Part shown: one piece after another, positions 51,975 through 62,100 of the stretch
Layout: each line of letters opens with the position of its first letter
Numbering within the stretch: position 1 is the first letter of the stretch
Source of the DNA: Balanoglossus misakiensis
Taxonomy: Eukaryota > Animalia > Hemichordata
NCBI GenBank assembly: GCA_040954595.2
Contig: CM082589.2
Span: forward strand, 7,065,186 to 7,129,185
DNA: 64,000 nt
Direction: 5' to 3'
Position numbers and translations under genes: made by a program
Notes under the pieces: model-generated
The model's database searches: none
Told to the model about the DNA's origin: nothing
Seen by the model: only the letters and a program-made list of their open reading frames with translations

Positions 51975-53044
51975 CCATAATAATACAGCTTGATTAATAT
52001 TCATTACTACTAATTTGCATGATGCCTGAGGGTGTCGTCGTCCAGTAACTTGGTAAGCGCTTGAACAAAGTTGGCCTCATATCGTCTGCTTGTAAATCTG
52101 AACGGGTCAGATTTTCAAAACCAGCCATCATCATGTAAGTCTTTATCTAGAGATACATGTACATGTGTTTCAGCTCTATCTGAAATACCTGTGAAAAACC
52201 CACGACGTATTGGTTTGCTAATCTCAGATATGTTTCAATACAGCTATATGAAAATGAGTGACCGTCATTTTTTAAAAACAAGGACACAGTGTATCTCGTT
52301 TCACTGTTTGCGTTGAACGTGAACATGTACTCCCGAATAGCTGTTCTCAAAATATTGCCACAATCGTGACCATTTTAGTCGTTTAGACAATCCTCGTCAT
52401 CTTTTGCCGTTTTGAGTTTTATGACTGTAATTAGACAGACGGTACTTGTGAAGTACATGAGAAAAACACTCTTTGTACTTCTGCTGATATGCACGGACGT
52501 GAAGGCCAAGTGAACATGAAAAAATTCTAGGCCTAACTCCAATTGTGTGAAGTTCATTCACCTGAAGATGTGTGAGTTGTACTTGAAGGCCGACGATCGT
52601 CTTATGCGCATGTGCATAATTTCGTGTGTATACACATTATGTCCAATCCAAATGTTATGCAAATTTTGCGTTCGACAAATTCAAATAGTAGACTGTCTTC
52701 GCTTGCTCCATATTTCATGCGCGCCGTATCATACGTAGAATTTAGTGTTGTCCCTTCTTTTCACCCAATTTGCTGTCTTTTCCCGATCTCCTTCACAGAC
52801 TAAAGTCACCGCCATCTTGTCTGTTGTTAGGACAGCACACTGCTTTGACCGTACATGTCATTTTTTGTAACCAGAGTCTCTGGTTTGGCACATGCGCATA
52901 AGACAGTAGTCGGCCTCATAAGACTGTGGAGATTTCGCCATTTTCCTTGAGACGCATTCGAACGTGTGGCAATCACTACCGCTAATTGAAATTTCAGAAT
53001 CTGTGGTCGCATTCTCATTCTACACTGTACTTGTGAAAGACAAC

Positions 53045-54336
53045 ATGAAGAGTTGGATGTTGTTGGCCAGCTTGGTCCTATTGGTGGCGCTATTCACCGA
53101 TGAGGGTTCGCTGAACACTGCGTCTCACGTGACTTGGCAAAAAGACGCGTCACGAAGATAGACGCAGATAAACGCCGACCGCCATTTTGAAAAGTGTTAG
53201 TTTTTTGACACTTTCCCGGAAGTGGCTAATGCGCATACCAGCCAACATTTGTGTCAGTAGTTGTATTTATTTTAGCTTCACTTCCATCATAAACTGTTGG
53301 TTTTTTAAAAATATGTATATTCGGGAAGAGTAAAATTGAATGTCAAGAAACGCGACAGATTGAATGTAGCCCGGAAGTTATAGAACGTTCATTTATTAGC
53401 CAATCAGATTCCAAAATTCTAAATATGGCGGTTTGTGTTTACCTGCCTCTTTGGTGTTTGTCACCGAGGCAGGGTACCAGCCAACGATGAGGGCGAATGT
53501 TTCACAAGGCCCTACAAGTCCAATCGTGACAAGGCAATGGATGATGAACTGCGTGAGATCCTGTAAGTAAATCGAGACCCTCTCTGCGTCAGGATTAAAG
53601 CTGCACAGTTGATGGCAAATACCATTTTTGGTATATTTTTCCTTTGTGAAATAAATATCAATTTACAAACTTTAACATGAAATGAATGCTCTACCCATGG
53701 ATTCGGGTCAAATTTGCCCATATAACGATATAAGGCTTCATAGAAAAAGTCCGATGGTAAACAACATGTTTGAATGAACCACCCATACTACACGGAAACT
53801 GTGACGTCAAAATCATGGAACCAATCACGTCGCACTATTTGTGTTTATGAAAATCTATGGGTACGTACCCATAACATTTATTATTTCATTTTTTAGACAT
53901 ACTGAACCATGACAACTAACCAAGTCACTCATGAGTTATTTTATTTTGGCAAGTAAAGTATTATACAAACAAAAGTTAGGAGTTTTATGCTACAAAGTAA
54001 ATTGTTATTATTATCAACTGTGCAGCTTTAACTAATCATTCTGTACATTGATTGAAACGACTCCCCGTCTCATTCGGTCAAACGCGTGCTCAACTGGTCA
54101 TCTAGCATGTTTCATTGACCAGAATACCACAGTCAGTAGCTCGTCAAAATAAACAAAAATAACGGCAGTTGTCAGGCATATGCGTGATAATGTTGATTTT
54201 ATGATTTTGCAGAGCTGAACTGAAGACTGAACTCAATGATCACGAAGAAAGGGAACGCCGATCCCGAGACTTGAAGAAGGCTAAGATGCTGAAATCTATC
54301 TATGTGTCTGAAAAGGAAGATTTCATTGAGGAATAA
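53045..54336 (+). CDS. Secreted peptide precursor A (84 aa when restored), interrupted by a MITE; coding parts 53045-53106, 53494-53562, 54213-54336
   Basis: Removing the insert and one TSD gives MKSWMLLASLVLLVALFTDEGECFTRPYKSNRDKAMDDELREILAELKTELNDHEERERRSRDLKKAKMLKSIYVSEKEDFIEE*. Phase-2 intron CT|GTAAGT..GCAG|A. Paralogous to 56459-57768. May be a pseudogene or a disrupted allele. Confidence 0.7.
53107..53484. mobile_element. 378-bp MITE with 9-bp TSD inside precursor A
   Basis: CGATGAGGG at 53098-53106 and 53485-53493. The right end gaggcagggtaccagccaa resembles ggggcagggaaccagacta of 58007-58064. Confidence 0.85.
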
Positions 54337-55251
54337 TTGGCCTTATATATAGGCCATGCTAAAATAGCCAATAACTCTCCTTGACTAGCATGCAAGGTTA
54401 ATTTGGAAAAAAATATAAAGGATAGAGCATTTAGGCAATAGGGAAAATAGGATTAACCCAAGTAAAATTGATGAAATCAGGCGATGCGTGTTTACCTTAT
54501 TTGAGTCCAAGTCGATGTGTGCGTACTGTGTGGGAGTTGTATGTTAAATGCTCGGTCCCGGGCACTCGTATTGACATCTATCGGTGCGACTTTCGTTGAA
54601 TTCGTTACTTCTTTTTCTGACGCTGATTTATTGAGAAAATGACACAAATAAGAGCAACGGCCACCGCCGCCGCCACTGTCGGCCATTGCAAGAATACCTG
54701 ACTATCGAGGTATGCGCACATGGTTATTAGAATCTCCACAAATTCAAAATATTGTCGTCTGAAATAGAATATGAATCAATGTTCTTTTCTTTGCTATACC
54801 AGTTCATGATCTTTTATGGTTCACTTGTTAGTACCAAAGAATACAGTGGGAAGTGTCGAACCGTGACCTATGGACAACTATCTATCACTGTTAAGCCAAA
54901 AGTACACATGCACCTGACCTTTTTTTCTTCGCGACACCAATTCATCAATTTGTCCTTGAGTATTGTGTACGCGGAATTTCCTCCACGCTCGACCGAACCG
55001 GACCAATAGCTTCTATACAGTATATGCAAATCACGAGGATAAAAACTTTTACACAAAAGAAAATTCTGGAGTCCATCGCTGACTTGCACTGGAAAAACAA
55101 CTCGCCCGGGGAGAGCAAGCTACAGCGAAGAGGTTATCTGATTTGGACACTTTGTCAACCACCATGTAAGTTGTCGTCTTGACTCTAGAACGTTTGCCTG
55201 GCTTGCAACAGTTAGTGTACTTGCAAAAAAACTTGTAAATATGTTCTGTTC

Positions 55252-55479
55252 TAGACTTGCTCCAAGTCTATGGGCTTCATTGTGTGTAGGAAAAGCGTAG
55301 CGACGCTACCCGAAACTACAAGCTCAGTCCCAAATTCGAAACTCACCTCACTACCAAAGACACGCTCAAGACAAGCATGCACGCAAAAAGTATTGAAATA
55401 TTTATTATGACAAAAAAACACCGAAAACACAAAAAGTATTGAGATTTAAAAATCACCAAGCGACTAGTGGGCTAGTCTA
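55252..55479 (-). mobile_element. ~230-bp TAGACT...AGTCTA element, copy 3
   Basis: TSD GTTCTGTTC/GTTCTGTAC. Confidence 0.9.
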
Positions 55480-56012
55480 GTTCTGTACGTGTGTCCTACG
55501 ATACCATGCATACCAAAGAGGAGGGTGTTTTGTGCCGACACCCGCATACATTTTCGCCAACCCAACCCAACCCAAACCTTGACCCATTTGACCTGTTGTC
55601 GTCTGCCACACAGATAACAGGCAACCCGTTTCACTATAAAACTAATATTCCAGAATTGATTACTTTGTGAAATGAGGCGCTATTCTCAATCTTATCAAAA
55701 GCTTTACTAACACCCCAGGTAACAAATTCGGACTACAACAAAAGTGATTTTTTCTCCTTTTAATAATTGAACATAAGGCACCGTGATTCAACAAAGGACG
55801 ATTCCATAGTGAATGCTCACACTACATGTAGGTAAAAGTCTGCGTGATTTATTTGGTATGCGACAGAGGGCGTTGTGAGGTCATACCTTTCAATGAATAG
55901 CCACAAAAGTAGGCGGTGGAATCGTTGGATGTTACAGAGGTTGCTTTTAGGAAGGCAGACAATAGTAATGCATTCTCTGCTTTAGTTTTTATGTTGCACG
56001 TAGCTTGACCAA

Positions 56013-56252
56013 CAGACTAGCCCACTAGTCGCTTGGCGATTTTTAAATCTCTGTCAATACTTTTTGTGTTTTCGGTGGTTTTTTGTCTTAATAAATAATT
56101 GCAATACTTTTTGCGTGCATGCTTGCCTTGAGCGTGTTTTTGGTAATGAGGTGAGTTTCAAATTTGGGACTGAGCTTGTGGTTTCGGGTAGCGTCGACCA
56201 AGCCTACGCGTTCCCTACACATAATGAAGCCCATAGACTTGGAGCAAGTCAA
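56013..56252 (+). mobile_element. ~230-bp TAGACT...AGTCTA element, copy 4
   Basis: TSD CTTGACCAA at 56004 and 56253. Confidence 0.9.
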
Positions 56253-56458
56253 CTTGACCAAACGTGTTTTAAAGTACATGTACATGAATACGAGGCAACC
56301 GATCATCGATTTCATTTGAGTCGCACCTGTGACAAATTCTTCATTCGCAGGAACTTAAGGAATTCTTGTCCTACCAAGCACACTTTCTAAGTTGTTGTGA
56401 TCGTAGTTCATGTCACTCAGTGATTCAGCAGATTTCGTTATCCCACCTTCAGACCATC

Positions 56459-57768
56459 ATGAAGCACTTGGCGTTGATCGTCATCTTGGCTCTGTTGGTG
56501 GCGCTGTTCACGGAGGAAGGCGAAGGCCACATTTTTATGAAATCCAAGCCGGTGAATCGTGAGAAGGTTGCGACTGACCGACTGCGCAAGCTGCTGTGAG
56601 TAGCTTTCACATCACACTGGTTCTCGCAACATTGCTGGGATTTAGGTCGTCTGGCTCCCCTGCCCCAACCCTTTCCCTTTAGCGTAGCGCAGCCAGCGGT
56701 GGGAATGGGGCAGGGGACCAGACTAGGATTAAGGATGTACGTTCAGTAAAATTGAAAGTATTGTTATTTTTTTTATTGTGGATTTTTGGATTCTCCTTTG
56801 TATGTATAATGAAAATCCGTAATTAAATATAGGGGTCACCGCGCTTGTTTTTGAAATACAGAGCCATGAATTTAGTCGATAATAGAAGAAAACTGCTGAC
56901 TCAGCATTTTTCGCCAATGGTTTGTCTATGGGCAAAAATGTTAATGCAATTTACCTCAAAATAGAGCGCGGTGACCCCTATATTTTATTTGACCAATGAA
57001 TTTATATTTACTGGACTGAGCTTTATGTGAAATTTTGTGAAAATGACAATAGTAGAAGTTTGTTTTCTAGCGAATTTCAATGTGATTCTACGGGGAACTA
57101 GACGGGTGTGCGCAGTTTTCCGGTTTATGTTCTGCGCGGTTTCTGGGGCTATGGAGGATTTTTTTTTTTGGGGGGGGGGATATTGTCAGATGATGAGGAG
57201 GATAAAACTTCTTCTGCAAAGTAGGACATGCAATAGAAAAAATCCTGTTACAGTGGCTGAAAAAAAATTCCTGACACACCCGAATCCGCCCGATAATTAA
57301 AAAATGGTTTTCGTACTTCGAAAATTTTCGGACGGGGGTCTGCCGTTGAGAACATCGACCCGTACAAATGGCAAAAACCCGGCCCATTGTTAAGGATTTC
57401 CGGTCTGTTACCGTTTTTCTGTTGTATATGAAAGTTTTTCTTAAAGAACTGGCACATTTCTCTGGCAATGTTCTCGACCCATTTTTAGTTTTTTTTTTAA
57501 ACTGAAGATAAATAGACCAATGTTTTTTCCCGCGATAAAGTGACCCATCCGGGGGGCCCACACCCGTACACCTTTCTGTGGGAGTACCCTCACCCACTTG
57601 GGTTTTTTAACAGTCACTGGATCAAAATCAGACCACATTTCGCCATTCCATGATTCCGTTCTCCGTTTTCCCACCAGGAAGGCTCTGAAGGACGACATTA
57701 TGAAGGAGCAAAGGGACCGCAAGGATGAAGAAATTGAACGCGAACGGTCACGCCCGCCTTTAGGATGA
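56459..57768 (+). CDS. Secreted peptide precursor B, 75 aa; exons 56459-56595, 57678-57768
   Basis: MKHLALIVILALLVALFTEEGEG-HIFMKSKPVNREKVATDRLRKLLKALKDDIMKEQRDRKDEEIERERSRPPLG*. Signal peptide with a small-X-small cleavage site. CT|GTGAGT..CCAG|G phase-2 intron; 5'UTR acceptor at 56452; AATAAA at 58322. Confidence 0.8.
56647..56725. mobile_element. Hairpin MITE with 9-bp TSD
   Basis: GGATTTAGG/GGATTAAGG flanks. Same TIR family as 58007-58064. Confidence 0.8.
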
Positions 57769-58006
57769 ACAACTGAAATCCATCTTACAATCCAGAAAAT
57801 ATGATTTAGATGACAACTAACAATAATACATAGTACTTCACGTGTAGTCGTTCTACACATTAATCAATGCCAATGAGTGTAGCATTCTCCGTACAGTACA
57901 GATTTTGTAGCGCGTGGATAATTCTTACCTAGCTAGGGGATCTGACTGGCAGTCCCCCTAGCGTGGTTAGCTACAATCACTGTACTGAGAATGTAAGGTG
58001 TTGATT

Positions 58007-58064
58007 TAGTCTGGTTCCCTGCCCCAATCCCACCGTGGTGGGATTGGGGCAGGGAACCAGACTA
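58007..58064. mobile_element. 58-bp palindromic MITE with 9-bp TSD
   Basis: tagtctggttccctgccccaatcccacc arm and mirror. GTGTTGATT at 57998 and 58065. Confidence 0.92.
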
Positions 58065-59129
58065 GTGTTGATTCTGTTAAAAGGTATACTCTCCCCCCGA
58101 ATTTGAATATACCTATATATGGTCAAAGGGGCGCATCTAAGTGTTCCAATGACAATGTGGGTGGGTATTTCTTCATTGTAATTGACTATATTTGATGTCC
58201 ATGGTTACTGGTTAAATTTGCATAGGTGACTGTATACCTTTACTGGCAAAATGAATATATAATCTGACGAGTATCATATTTGATTTCATGTGTACTGTGG
58301 ACTAGATTGTGGTGATAGCAAAATAAAACTGGTATAATGCAAAAGACCTGGAGTCTGCATTGCCTTGTCTTGCCTGTCAAACCCCGCAAGGATCCCCATG
58401 GGATTATTACATGCACTGTCTTCTATAGAGCCATTTCCAAATCACCACCACAATGGGTGTACGTGCAATGATAGTCAACAGAACTTTATTTTAAATCTCA
58501 AACACCAAGACACACCAAGCATTTTTTGTAAATGTAATGACTTTTATTAATTTTCTTTACATGGAGTTCATCCACGGCTAACCACCAATGGATCCCGCAC
58601 TGAAATTATCACGCCATCTCGGGAAAAATGCGATACATGTCCCAGTGAGATAAAACAAAGATAAAATAATTAAAATAGGCAGAAATCAAAGCTACATTGT
58701 CAATTTGCTTGCAGTGAGCTACCTTGATTAGAGTGCACTTGGCAGAGAATTGCTCCTGGAGTCATAATTACCCAAGATGCTTGAGAAACATCATGTAAGA
58801 TAAAATATCTCTATAAACCTGCAGATGACTGTCTGTAATGATTTGCCATTGCAAAGAATTTTCAGTCAAGATTTCTTGCGCCATAGTATTTTGACAAACA
58901 CATAAGAGTAGTACATAAGGTCATTGGGGGGGGGGCATGAAAATGACATGATGTCACTGTGTGCCAAATGCAGGCATCTAATTGGTAACGAGTTGTCTTC
59001 ATTGGCGGGAAATGATAGCTCGATGTCGGTCGGTCGGTCGGCTCCGGGTAATCACCGGTTGAATTTCAAACTCCGGCAATACAGCACCCCAGCCTGTGCG
59101 TTGCGACACGACCACCGTTTTCTTGTCGA

Positions 59130-62100
59130 TTACAATATCTGTGTGGGTAACAAAATGAAAATTGCGATAATCAACATTTTACATCATCATGAAGAGCAGG
59201 ATAAAAATTATCATCGCCGTTCCAGGAGTGAATAGAACATTTTTCGCAGCCATTCAAGAAGTTGTGTTATAATTCTCCCGACCTTATATAGGTTTTGGCT
59301 ACCTAGGTGGGTGATAAAAATATCACATGGTCGACACAATTTCAAGATGGCCGATTTTTGCCATGTTTAAGGAATAGGAGTTCATAAGCTAAAGTGATGA
59401 TGGGTCATTCTGAAACTTTTTAATAGAAAAAATAACAAAATGTGAAAAAAGTTTAATGAGTTTAATATGGTAACTACAAAGACAGACATGTTTGACCCAA
59501 GGAAGTCATGAAATACAGTAAACATATCGTTTCTTCTATCTCTTACTACAGTGGGTTGTCGACTTTTCGACCAGAATGCAATGGGATTTGACCCCCTAGC
59601 GCAAAGTGAAAACCTATTTAAGGTACCCACAATTCAGGACTTTCCCGGTATCGCGCAAATCCTGTGGCACAAACCCTACAATCTACGCATGTTTCTGCAA
59701 AAAAACCACACACAGTCCTCCACAGGTGGGCCTCCACTCACCTCTGTAATGACCCCAGCTGCTATGGTTGCGCCGCCAGTGCGCAGCATAAATCGCCCCA
59801 AGTCTTTGTAATCCTTGTAGAGTTCCACGCAAACGGGGCGCGCCGTTTCTAGGCCAATCACGGCGTTACTCTGCTTGGTCAAACACCTATGGGAGAGAAG
59901 AGTAGTAGTACACAGCGTGTTTGAACAGATAGTGTGTTTGTTTGTGTGTTATATGTATGTTTGTATCAGATTTTTGTCCTAACTTTTACAGTCAGACCTG
60001 TAATTGTAATTGGCTAATATGTACAGTGAAACCTGTCATTACGGACACCTCTCTATTTAGGACACATTTTCCAGTCCCAGAGGTGTCCTTAATAGACAGG
60101 TTTCACTGTACACACATACAGGCTACGCTGACAAGCCATTGCTTTGTATATGACCATGCTGTTTGGAGTCGAACAAGAAATTGAATTTGGTGCACAGAAC
60201 AAAACTACAGAAAATAAAGCCAAAAGTTACACAGCTAATGTCCCTTTAATGCAGAAATGGAGAATAGTTTACCTGGGTTTCTTCTTGATGACTTCCCCCG
60301 TGCTTTTATGCAACAAGCTGATCAGCCTTTTGATTACAGCAGGCTCACTCAACGTCTGATAGTGAAATACAACCTGGTGAGGGAAGAGAGACATCACTTG
60401 AGTTAAAAACAAGGTCCATACAGCCGAAATGGTCGTGACTTGCTACGACTTCTCTATTAAGGATTAAGGTGGTAAACACCAAGGGGGAAAAATTGTCCGT
60501 CTTGTCGTTAACAGTATATTCCAGTAGTGACCGTGTAGTAATTATAACACAATTTTCATTAACAGGCACTTTTTTTCAACATTTCACGGCAGCAACTTGT
60601 GCTACAAAGAGAAAGTTTTGGACGATATAAAACAATTTCCAAGTGCTTGTTTGTTTAGACAGAAAGACAGACAGACAGACAGGCAGGCAGACGGACAGAG
60701 TGATAGATCTTACCGGGTATCCTTTTGTGATTGGGACATCAATATTAAATATGATTACTCTTGCATTTATCTTTGTGGTATACCTAATAGGTTCACTTGG
60801 TGAACACAACATGCTTCCAACACTGAAACACGACAAAAAGGAAACAAAAATCGATTAAAGGGACAGAGTCTCTCTCTTGCTGCCCTCTTTTCCATTAATT
60901 ATGTTTGACACAAGACACTGTTTATGTTATTCTACATGTGGATATATAGTGAATCAATGTTCGACCACACACACCTTCCATCCCGCTTGCAGACACGAGA
61001 GTGAAAAAAATCGCAAAAATGAATAATCAGTCTCGACCATTTATTCATTTTGGGCGAGTTTTTACTCTCATATCATACAAGTGGGATGGAAGTTGTTTAT
61101 GGTTGAACGTTCATTCACTATATCTCCACATGTAGAATAACATAAACGGTGTCTTGTATCCAGCATAATTAATGGAAAAAAAGGCAGTGAGAGAGAGACT
61201 TTGTCCCTTTACACACAGGAGTGCAGCTTAGCACAAAAATAGAGAAATACTTATACAGTCAGATTGTTGTACTGAGGAATGAAAGGATGTCTGCCACAGC
61301 AAGAAGATCCCAGCCCCCCCCCCCCCCCATTTCTCTGATTTTCTAGGCGCAAACAACTTGAAAGGACTTACTTGACTCGTATTTGGTCAATTCCAATGAG
61401 TGTCAGCGTGACATAATCTCCAGCACATCCCCATTTGGTGTCTTCGTCCTGTACTAATACAGCTACAGAGAAATTGCAGACAAACGTGAATCTACTTATA
61501 CGGTGCGCATGAAATATGGAAGGAAGCGAAGGCAGTCCACTATTTGAATGCATCGAACGGAAAATTTGCTGGGAAGTTACGCGCATGCACGTGAGACGCT
61601 TTAAATGAAGTCAACTTACTTTTAATGTAACCCTGTTCTCCAGCCGGCCTCACTAAAACTCTGTCGTTGGCTTGAATGTTGCCGGAAACTATTTTCCCAG
61701 CTACGCTAAAACCAGATCCCATTCCTGGCAAAAAATAAATCAATAAAATTCATTCAATTGGGGGATCCACATTTGCGAGTGGGCACACAACGCGACACAA
61801 CGCGATTCTTGAAATGTTAAGATAATGAATTTGTTATTCCGTTCTTGACTGGTCTAACCCTTTGAACCCCAAGTTCCATCTTTTGTGGTCCAACCTTAAC
61901 CATAGAAAACAATAGGTTTGGATTAACCATGATGATGAGAGGATTCAAGCACTTACCTTTAAAAACATCAGACACACAAAGTCTGAAGGGCTTGTCAATT
62001 GGCCTCTTGGGTTGTTTAAATTTATCTGCAAGAGTGAACTCACAAAGTGATATAAAATTACTGAATGAGTCTATTGGACACTCAGACTCCTAGTAACATC

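Noticed and set aside
60717-60725. GTATCCTT U12-type donor motif
   Set aside because: On the strand opposite HBS1L and inside its exon; no matching gene on +.
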